From NCBI GenBank assembly GCA_964508365.1, contig CAZDTP010000042.1, positions 1 through 35,659 of the forward strand: 35,659 nucleotides of DNA, in the 5' to 3' direction. Below are positions 8,825-16,915 of the stretch, one piece after another. Made by a program: the position numbers and the translations under genes. The notes under the pieces were generated by a model. It was given only the letters and a program-made list of their open reading frames with translations. It was not told the DNA's origin and did no database searches. The stretch's first letter is position 1. The number at the start of each line of letters is the position of its first letter. This DNA comes from an uncultured archaeon. Its GTDB lineage: Archaea > Asgardarchaeota > Lokiarchaeia > Sigyniarchaeales > SOKP01.

Positions 8825-10000
8825 TTGTATCTAAAGAACAGTAGTATAAGGTTACTTAACCAAATTAAAAAAGAATTTCGTCTTTTATGGACAGATAAAT
8901 TTAACATTTTTATAGCGTTAATTGTACCTCCTCTTGTTGTAGTTTTAATAGGAGTAACTTCTGGTAGTCCTGGAAAGCTTGCAATTCCTATTGATTGTGT
9001 CGTTGTTTCCTATGATTCAAACACTTATATTGAAGAAAATAATTTCACAGAGTCTACCTTGGATGATTATAATCTTAAATATATCGAGGCCGTTAATTCT
9101 TCAGATTTATTAAATCTTGTCCAATTTTTTAACGCTACTGAGGAGATATATGCGATGGAAACCGCAAGAAGTTACATGAATTCTAAAAGGATTAATATTA
9201 TTATAGCAATTCCTGTCGACTTTTCTGAATTAATAAGTTGGGGGTATCCAGGTTTAATCGATTGCATAACAGATTCATCAGATATCCAAAAAATTCAAGT
9301 TAACTTAAATGCTGTTTACGATTCGATAAAAATTTTTGTCTCCCAAAATAATTTAACGCCTCAATTTGAACTCAATGGCTTTGAGGAATTCACGATTCCT
9401 GAAAACTATAGCTCTGGATATAATAATACCATGGTATTAGTTTTATCTTTTATGATAATAGGCGTTGGCATGGTCTCAACAATCTTAATTATCGTTCAAG
9501 AAAAGCCCGCTGCAAGGCTGTTACTCACGCCAGTTAAAAGAATTGAAATACTATTAGCTAAATATATAACTTACATTAGCGTTCTAATCGTTCAAAATAT
9601 TTCGCTCGTAATGACCGCCTTAGGCTTTGGTTTATATTTAGTAGGAACAGTATTTGATTTATTTCTAGCTTTATTTATTTTAGGTTTTGCCGGTCTTGCA
9701 ATTGGTATTTTTATTAGTACCTTAAGTAAAACTAAAACCCAAGCAAATCAGTTATTTTTTGCAACCTTTCTTGTTTTGATTCTTTTAAGTGGTATTTTCA
9801 TCCCCATTGAAGCTATGCCCATATATCTACAAGCTATAGCCTACGTGCTTCCCTTATCTCATGGAAACCCTTTAATTACAGGAATAATCACTAAAGGAAA
9901 ATCGGTATTTGGTTTTGATTTCTTCACTCTTTTAGGAGTAAGTGTTGTTCTCGTAGTGTTGTCATTTATTTTGTTTCAGAGAAGAAAATACGAGGTGTGA
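8825..10000 (+). CDS. ABC-2 type permease (paralog of the upstream gene); start uncertain, possibly 8765-8771
   Basis: KKEFRLLWTDK, LTPVKRIEILLAK, LLSGIFIPIEAMP, LPLSH. Confidence 0.9.
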   Translation: MYLKNSSIRLLNQIKKEFRLLWTDKFNIFIALIVPPLVVVLIGVTSGSPGKLAIPIDCVVVSYDSNTYIEENNFTESTLDDYNLKYIEAVNSSDLLNLVQFFNATEEIYAMETARSYMNSKRINIIIAIPVDFSELISWGYPGLIDCITDSSDIQKIQVNLNAVYDSIKIFVSQNNLTPQFELNGFEEFTIPENYSSGYNNTMVLVLSFMIIGVGMVSTILIIVQEKPAARLLLTPVKRIEILLAKYITYISVLIVQNISLVMTALGFGLYLVGTVFDLFLALFILGFAGLAIGIFISTLSKTKTQANQLFFATFLVLILLSGIFIPIEAMPIYLQAIAYVLPLSHGNPLITGIITKGKSVFGFDFFTLLGVSVVLVVLSFILFQRRKYEV

Positions 10001-10001
10001 T

Positions 10002-11036
10002 ATGGAGACTACCGATATTTCGAATAAGACAATGGTACTAGTAGAAAATTTAGATGTTATATTCGGAAAAAAGCGTATAGTTCATGATGTCTCATTTAAT
10101 GTAGAAGAGGGGGAGATCATTGGGATGTTTGGAATATCCGGAGCTGGAAAGACAACTATAATAAGGGTTTTAACCTGCCAGATTGAAAAAAAAAACTGGA
10201 ATGGCAAAGTATTAGTTACTGGTCTATCTCCTAGTAAAAAGGGAAACTACTCAAAAATTTTAAGCAATATCGGTTATGTACCTCAATTAGAACTGCTAAA
10301 TCTATATTTTGAACTAAATCCCATGGTTAATGTTGAAATTTTTACCTCTACTTATGGAATGGATAAAAGAGAAGCTAAAATAACTGCTGAAAAATTATTC
10401 AACATATTAGATATCCCCAAAGATACTTGGAAAAAAAGAGTTAAAAAGATGAGCGGCGGGGAAAAAAAGCGCTTATCAATGGCTATTGGATTAATACACC
10501 ATCCAAAAGTCTTATTTCTTGATGAACCCACAACTGGAGTTGATGCATCTAAACGCTACGATATTTTAAGCTATCTAAAGAAGTTAAACCAGCAACTAAA
10601 TACGACAATGTTCATAATTACTCATGATTTAGAAGCAGCGCTAATATGTGATAAAAGTGCTATTCTAAGGGAAGGGAAATTGCTTGAATTCGATACACCG
10701 CAAAAGCTTATAAACTCATTACCCAGTAATGGTTTGGTAGCAAGAATTTCAATTGAAAATTTAAACCAAGAGGTAATAAAGACCATTCAAAATTATCCTT
10801 CCATAGAAAAAGTGTTAAGGGTTGGAAACGAGACTATCGAAGTTTTAATGGATGATTTTGAAACTAACTTACCTAAATTGATGAAGTTCTTGTTTGAAAA
10901 AAAGTTAAATATTTATTCCATGAGCAGAGATGTTGCTAATTTTAGAAGATACTTTCAAATCAGAATACAAGAAGAGGAAGAAAAAGAAAACAGCAAAAAT
11001 CGTTCTGAACTATTGAATGAAGGTGACATTCCATAA
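10002..11036 (+). CDS. ABC transporter ATP-binding protein (DrrA/ABC-2 type) with a C-terminal regulatory domain
   Basis: Walker A GISGAGKTT, signature MSGGEKKR, Walker B LFLDEPT, H-switch ITHD; GAGGTG SD overlapping the upstream stop. Confidence 0.95.
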   Translation: METTDISNKTMVLVENLDVIFGKKRIVHDVSFNVEEGEIIGMFGISGAGKTTIIRVLTCQIEKKNWNGKVLVTGLSPSKKGNYSKILSNIGYVPQLELLNLYFELNPMVNVEIFTSTYGMDKREAKITAEKLFNILDIPKDTWKKRVKKMSGGEKKRLSMAIGLIHHPKVLFLDEPTTGVDASKRYDILSYLKKLNQQLNTTMFIITHDLEAALICDKSAILREGKLLEFDTPQKLINSLPSNGLVARISIENLNQEVIKTIQNYPSIEKVLRVGNETIEVLMDDFETNLPKLMKFLFEKKLNIYSMSRDVANFRRYFQIRIQEEEEKENSKNRSELLNEGDIP

Positions 11037-11077
11037 TAAATCTTAGCCGTAAAAACAAAAAGAGACTCAAAAGGCTC

Positions 11078-14000
11078 ATGTTACTCATTATTTTAGTAGG
11101 AACACCAACTCTATCATTAGTTTTAATTAATATTAGATGGACATATTTTATTAGTGAAACAGATGTAAGTAAAGCTAAAAACCTTGCGACAGTATTTACA
11201 AGTTCGCATCATAATCAAATAGGGTTGTTTGTGGAGCCTGATATTGATTCAAATTATAGAGCAATAGATTCCACAAATTTTACATTTACTAACATGTATG
11301 TCCCAGATTTAGTAGATCCTAACAATAACACCAATATACAATCCTTTCTAAAAGATATATTCTTTGATTATATATTTGAAAAACAAAATTACGATGGTTC
11401 TTATTCAGACATCGCGGGTTTAGGGAACCTATTTTCTACTTATATGGCTATTGAAACCCTGAAAATAGCGAATATCTCGTACCTCGAGAGAAGAGTTCAT
11501 CTTGGAGAAACAGATAATATAGCGAAGTATTTACTAAACTCTCTTAATGGTGGTGGATGGGGTTTTAGGTTTAATCAATTTCTAAACGATTCAGATATAA
11601 TTTCTACTTTTAGCGCTATTGAATTATCTTACAGCATATCTGAAACTTCTATTATTACAAACAAGAAAGTCGGAGAATTTATAAATTCTACATGGCTTGG
11701 AGGTAGTTATAGTTTAACTAACAACTCCTTAATTGTCACTCCTGAAACGACATTCTACGGCGTAAGAGCTTATTTAAGGATGAACATGTCCTATACTATA
11801 GGTGATTTAATAGCAATTGGGGCATATTTTAGTTTATTATATAATCCTCTTGACGGCGGTTATTTTAATCCCGAAACTAGCAGTTCGGATATACAATCTA
11901 CCTATTATTCTATATCTACCCTTGAGTTATTGGGAATTCCTTTATTAAATCCATCTAAAACAATGGAATTTGTGTTGAATTGCTCAAATATTAATGGAGG
12001 TTTTGGATTCCGTCCAAATACTTCAATATCAGATTTTAATTCGGGTTGGGCAGCAATGAAATCAATTGGAATATTAACACCGATGCTTACTCTCACAGTT
12101 GCAGATTCTAATTTAATAAAACAGATATCTGTTCAATATTATAATTGGTTGCTCTTTTTTCAAGCCAGGAATGGTTTGTTTGGCAAAATTACACTAGAGT
12201 CTAACTATTTTGGTGTTTTAACTTATCATACTATGGGATATTTAGATTCGATGCAAACTCCTCAATTTCAAGCGGTAAAAAATAAAATATTAGATTTTGT
12301 ATGGACATGCTATAATCTATATGATGGAGGATTTGGGTCTGAACCGGGACAGAACGCAACATTATTTTCTACTTATTGCGGTATTAAGCTTTTACAGATG
12401 ATTACACCGCGAGATCGTCCATGGTTTCAAACAGGACCTATCAATGTATTAAATGCGACTAGAACTTTCCTTGCTAACCTACAAAATCCTGATGGAGGAT
12501 TTAGAGTAGGTGATGATATAGACTATTTATTTTCTCTTTTTGGAGCTTTTTCCGTACTTTTTACGGATTTAATAAATATTAATGCATCTACTGTAGAAAG
12601 TACATATTGGGCATTAATTTCTTTAGAGCTGATAAACGGACTTCATATGATTCAATACAACAATTTTACGCATTGGGTAAGATCATGTCAAAACGCAGAC
12701 GGAGGATTTTCTATTGTTATAGGGTTTCACAGCGATATCATTTCGACATATTATGGACTCCAAATATTTAAAGAAGAATTCGTTCAAGGACCAATTTCAA
12801 AAATGTCAGCGATTAATTTCTTAATTACATCGCAAACTTCGGATGGTAGTTTCTCTTTACTGCCCATGATGGGTGATTTTTTAGACTTACCATCCTCATT
12901 TCTTACGACATACGTGGCCTCTAAAGCGTTATATGATTATGATTTTCAACCAGGAAACATTAAAAATGCCCTTTCTTGGTTTTCTGATTGTATCAGCGGT
13001 CGTACGGGAGGGGTTGGAGATAATCCAAATTTTGGAGCAGATTTAAGAAATTCTCCTTATGGAATCATAATAATTGATGAATTAAAATATGATCAAAGTT
13101 TCGATTCGAAACCGTGGAATGCGCTATTAATATATATTTTATTAACTGAAGCGGGTATTTTAAGCGTTTATGTATTGCTTATAATTCGCAAAAAAATTTC
13201 TTTGATAAAGCGTATTATAGAAAAAGTAGGTCTGGGAGGGAAAATTACACCATCCTATCTACAAAGGTTTCCAGCAATTCATTGTGAAAATTTCAGCGTA
13301 TATGCGGGTGGTAAGTTAATTGTTGATTCTGTTTCAATGAAGGTAGATCACGGCCAAATTCTGGGAATTTTAGGTGAAAGTGGAGCAGGTAAATCCACCT
13401 TTATTAAGGGTTTATTGGGGATGAGAAAAATAACCGGATTCTGCCAAATCTTTGGTTTAAATATAAATAAAAGAACTTCTAAAAAGATACGACCGATATA
13501 TGGGTATGTTCCTCAAGATCTAGGCAAAATTTATCATGAGTTCACGGTTCTTGATAATTTACTCTCATTTGGGAGTCAGTACGGTCTAACTGAGCAAGAA
13601 ATAATAAGCAGGTCTAAAAGACTCTTGCGAAGTTTAGAGATAGAAGATAAAATGAATGAATTAGTTAAAAATCTTTCAGGAGGTCAAAAACGTAGAGTCA
13701 GTATCGTAATCGGTTTAATCCATTCACCTATCTTTCTCATTTTAGACGAACCTACTTCGGGATTAGATCCGATAATTCGTGAAAATTTATGGCTAGCTTT
13801 AACTAAAATTAATGAGCAATTTGGTACAACATTAATTGTGATAACTCACTATCCAGAAGAATCTCGATTTTGTAATAGGGTTGCGATTTTTGGTAGGAAT
13901 AGAGGCGTTATAGATTTTGGGAAGCCTAAAGAACTATTAGCTCAGTTACCAGGCAAAGGACGCTCAATTGAATTATGTTTTAACACTAATCAAGAAAATA

Positions 14001-14224
14001 TGGTCCAAAGATTAGAATCTATAGATGGAATAGAAAATGTATTAGAAAATAAAGTAGGAACGGAATATTCAATATTCACTAACCTAAATGTCAAATCTCT
14101 TATTATTAAGATTGAAAACGAAGTAGGTAAGGATACAATCCAGGAATTAAAGCAAATCGATTCAAAAATGGAGCAATTTTTTAGATATAAATTAATCGAG
14201 GTACCAAAAATTGATAAGCTCTAG
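11078..14224 (+). CDS. Fusion: signal anchor + about 11 prenyltransferase/squalene-cyclase-type (alpha/alpha barrel) repeats + TM helix + intact ABC ATPase
   Basis: Repeats QNYDGSY, NGGGWG, WLGGSY, YNPLDGGY, CSNINGGFG, FQARNGLFG, CYNLYDGGFG, LQNPDGGF, CQNADGGF, QTSDGSF, CISGRTGGV, each followed by a D/T-x-x-S/T-T-Y/F-like helix; TM res 681-703; GESGAGKST, LSGGQKRR, LILDEPT, ITHY. Confidence 0.88.
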   Translation: MLLIILVGTPTLSLVLINIRWTYFISETDVSKAKNLATVFTSSHHNQIGLFVEPDIDSNYRAIDSTNFTFTNMYVPDLVDPNNNTNIQSFLKDIFFDYIFEKQNYDGSYSDIAGLGNLFSTYMAIETLKIANISYLERRVHLGETDNIAKYLLNSLNGGGWGFRFNQFLNDSDIISTFSAIELSYSISETSIITNKKVGEFINSTWLGGSYSLTNNSLIVTPETTFYGVRAYLRMNMSYTIGDLIAIGAYFSLLYNPLDGGYFNPETSSSDIQSTYYSISTLELLGIPLLNPSKTMEFVLNCSNINGGFGFRPNTSISDFNSGWAAMKSIGILTPMLTLTVADSNLIKQISVQYYNWLLFFQARNGLFGKITLESNYFGVLTYHTMGYLDSMQTPQFQAVKNKILDFVWTCYNLYDGGFGSEPGQNATLFSTYCGIKLLQMITPRDRPWFQTGPINVLNATRTFLANLQNPDGGFRVGDDIDYLFSLFGAFSVLFTDLININASTVESTYWALISLELINGLHMIQYNNFTHWVRSCQNADGGFSIVIGFHSDIISTYYGLQIFKEEFVQGPISKMSAINFLITSQTSDGSFSLLPMMGDFLDLPSSFLTTYVASKALYDYDFQPGNIKNALSWFSDCISGRTGGVGDNPNFGADLRNSPYGIIIIDELKYDQSFDSKPWNALLIYILLTEAGILSVYVLLIIRKKISLIKRIIEKVGLGGKITPSYLQRFPAIHCENFSVYAGGKLIVDSVSMKVDHGQILGILGESGAGKSTFIKGLLGMRKITGFCQIFGLNINKRTSKKIRPIYGYVPQDLGKIYHEFTVLDNLLSFGSQYGLTEQEIISRSKRLLRSLEIEDKMNELVKNLSGGQKRRVSIVIGLIHSPIFLILDEPTSGLDPIIRENLWLALTKINEQFGTTLIVITHYPEESRFCNRVAIFGRNRGVIDFGKPKELLAQLPGKGRSIELCFNTNQENMVQRLESIDGIENVLENKVGTEYSIFTNLNVKSLIIKIENEVGKDTIQELKQIDSKMEQFFRYKLIEVPKIDKL

Positions 14225-15917
14225 AGATATAGAGTTGGAACGAATCAGGTTAAAAATACTAGATGCTGTACGTTTCTCTAAGCGTTTCTGGATGACATTC
14301 AGAGAAAAAACATTTGGAATTGCTTCGATTATTAATTTAATCTATAAAAAGTCGTTTTTCGAAGTTTTGTTTTTTACTAATAGAGATGTTATTGAAAAGG
14401 GAGTACCTTTATTAAAGATATACACACCTCTAGAAGATGAAATTGATTTTAATGAAATTATATTTGAACCAGATTTTGACGAAGACGGATTGATAAATCC
14501 CGTAAAAATTATCCATAGAATGAGAAGGATTATTAGTTCGGAATTCCAAAGTCACCTAATAATATTAAATACTGAAATTAAACTAGTTGACGATAGATTT
14601 GAGAATTATCAAATTAAAGCTAACCCGTACGACCGAGAGATAAGAATCTCTTACTCTGATTTTGATGTTAAACTTAAAATTAATTTAGAAAAATATCCGT
14701 TTTTACCAACCTTTTCTTTTTCAAGATCATTATCTAAAATTATCCCTGAGAGAGAATTTACAGAAGATGTGATGATTAAAAATTGGGACACAGAAAATCC
14801 CCCTCACATTTATGAAATTGTTGAAAGAATATGTGATATTGTCTCTGCAAGAGTAAAAATAAAAAAGTTAAAAGAAGATTCTCAATATTTAGTTTTAAAT
14901 CGTGTTACCTTAGGCAATATCATTGATAAATTATCATTCAAAATTCACAGAGGAAAATCGATAGGAATAATATTTGATGAAAGAAGCTTAACCAAAATTG
15001 ATCCTAGGATGGAATTAATGATTTTATTCGACACCATAGCGGGTTCACAACACGACTATTCTGGTTCAATCGAAATTTTTGGAAAACCTACTCTGTTGTT
15101 AAGTCAATCTGAGAAAGAAAAAATCTTTATTCTACCTCAAGCATACGATTCCACAATAAGAAAAATGAAGATCAAGAAAGCCATTCAATATAAAATTGAT
15201 TTACACGAAATTTACAAGAAAAAGAAGGATAGCTTCAGTTTAATGTTAAAAAATGCTGGTTTTACTCAACATTTAGATGAGTTAATGGAAGATTTTTTGA
15301 AGACAAGGTCGTATAAAATCAATCGCCAGAAAGTATATATAAAAAAAGTGTTAGAATCAACAGGATTACTAAATAAGAAAAATAAGAAATTCTCAAAGTT
15401 GACTCCCTTAGAATATCTTCTTTTCTCAATTACCAGGGCACTAATCCAAACACCTACAATAATCATGTTTTCTATACCATTTGGGATTTTAGGCAAACTC
15501 GAATATGAAAAGTTTAATTCATACATGGATAAAATCAAAGAAAATTTTCATGTAGTTCTAATATTCCATGGTCCGGAAGAAATTATATCAAAATGCGACC
15601 AAATTCTAATGATTACAAAAAATATTTCAAAAATAGGAACCATTAAAGACTACATTGAAGAATTACCTCAATATGGTGAAATTTTGAGTATTGAATTGAA
15701 CAATCCAGACGATTCCTTAATTCATAAACTTAAACAAATGAAGGAAATAGATGTATTAATTGAAGAAAGAAAAAATGAGAAATTTAAAATCTTCATAAAA
15801 AATAGTATTACGGATGTAATAATCCAAATCACAGAACTATTGGGGCCAACCCTTTATAGTTTTAAAAGATTCACCGCCTCCATCGGTGATTATATGGAGT
15901 TTATTGAAAATAGATGA
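14211..15917 (+). CDS. Degenerate (pseudo) ABC ATPase with an N-terminal UBC/UEV/RWD-like region
   Basis: NBD skeleton recognisable (LSFKIHRGKSIGII; KKFSKLTPLEYLLFSITRALIQTPTIIMFSIP; LIFHGPEEI...CDQILMI) but Walker A, signature and Walker B DE are replaced; C-terminal domain resembles those of the two upstream ATPases; KINLEKYPFLP...KNWDTENPPHIYEIVERI upstream. Confidence 0.7.
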   Translation: MISSRDIELERIRLKILDAVRFSKRFWMTFREKTFGIASIINLIYKKSFFEVLFFTNRDVIEKGVPLLKIYTPLEDEIDFNEIIFEPDFDEDGLINPVKIIHRMRRIISSEFQSHLIILNTEIKLVDDRFENYQIKANPYDREIRISYSDFDVKLKINLEKYPFLPTFSFSRSLSKIIPEREFTEDVMIKNWDTENPPHIYEIVERICDIVSARVKIKKLKEDSQYLVLNRVTLGNIIDKLSFKIHRGKSIGIIFDERSLTKIDPRMELMILFDTIAGSQHDYSGSIEIFGKPTLLLSQSEKEKIFILPQAYDSTIRKMKIKKAIQYKIDLHEIYKKKKDSFSLMLKNAGFTQHLDELMEDFLKTRSYKINRQKVYIKKVLESTGLLNKKNKKFSKLTPLEYLLFSITRALIQTPTIIMFSIPFGILGKLEYEKFNSYMDKIKENFHVVLIFHGPEEIISKCDQILMITKNISKIGTIKDYIEELPQYGEILSIELNNPDDSLIHKLKQMKEIDVLIEERKNEKFKIFIKNSITDVIIQITELLGPTLYSFKRFTASIGDYMEFIENR

Positions 15918-15954
15918 AGTAATTAATTGGATTATAAAAGAGGATATAAAAAAA

Positions 15955-16761
15955 ATGTTAAAAAGTTTATATATTTTAGATCAAAACGGAATTTTGTTAT
16001 ATTCCAAAGAGTTCATTAGGGAACAGCAATACGACGACAATATCTTAATAGGATTTTTCACTTCAATCGCTAATTTTAGTCGGGAAGCTTTAGGAACGGC
16101 TGTAAAAAATGTTGACCTCGGAGAAAATAATAAACTTATTCTCGCTCCAATCGAGGATGAAGGTCTACTTGGGGCTGCAATTATAAGTTCAAATGATAAT
16201 AACGAATTAGTAACAAAAATAATTAGAAATATCTTGCAAGAATTTATTGACTCCTATTCACCTGATTACGATCACGAAAAAATCATTAATGAAGAGATGG
16301 AGAAAATTATTCAAGATGTTTTAAGAACTAAAATGATTCATTCACCTATAATAAGGATCGCACTTTCTTGGCTAATTATCGCTCCATTAACGATACTTTT
16401 AGTTTTTGCTAGCATTAATTTAACACTTTTTCTCTATATGACTTTCGATCTCAATCAATATTTCACACCCGATCAAATGTTTTCGAGATTTTTCCCTGCG
16501 TTAATTCTTTTATCTACTGGAAACATTGTAATACTATTTCTGTTCCCAAATTTACTTCTTGGCTTTTTATCTCCTAATAGAATTATCGCTGTAGTGAATT
16601 CGATTATTTATTTAGTTGTTACAATTATTTTATTTGCTTACTCATCTGAACCTGCTTTTGTTTATATTATCATAGGTCATTTACCTTTAACATTGATTTT
16701 CTCACTGTTTTTCTTATTTATCGGAATCAGATCGTCGTCAAAGAGATTTTTGAAAAAATAA
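15955..16761 (+). CDS. Longin-like domain protein with about 4 C-terminal TM helices
   Basis: MLKSLYILDQNGILLYSKEF...ILIGFFTSIANFSREALGTAVKNVDLG...LGAAII...IIRNILQEFIDSY matches the longin beta-beta-alpha-beta-beta-beta-alpha pattern; ATG 15955 follows GAGGA; four hydrophobic segments follow. Confidence 0.72.
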   Translation: MLKSLYILDQNGILLYSKEFIREQQYDDNILIGFFTSIANFSREALGTAVKNVDLGENNKLILAPIEDEGLLGAAIISSNDNNELVTKIIRNILQEFIDSYSPDYDHEKIINEEMEKIIQDVLRTKMIHSPIIRIALSWLIIAPLTILLVFASINLTLFLYMTFDLNQYFTPDQMFSRFFPALILLSTGNIVILFLFPNLLLGFLSPNRIIAVVNSIIYLVVTIILFAYSSEPAFVYIIIGHLPLTLIFSLFFLFIGIRSSSKRFLKK

Positions 16762-16915
16762 GAGAATTACACATTTCTTACCTTTTTCTATTATTACATA
16801 CAAAACTGGAAGCAAAGGATTAAATAAATTTAATTCTTTGTATTATTCTGATATTTCTCTATATAACGATTTGATCTTTTTCTCTTAAAGCTCGATATTT
16901 TTAGGTGAACGATGT

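Noticed and set aside
12509-12526. GDDIDY in the barrel as a terpene-cyclase acidic motif
   Set aside because: It is DDxD, neither DxDD (class II/SHC) nor DDxxD (class I), and lies in a loop insertion right after a GGF repeat; not enough to call cyclase activity
15886-15954. Track N-terminus MIIWSLLK... of the longin protein
   Set aside because: Overlaps the upstream gene; the longin fold and a GAGGA SD point to ATG 15955
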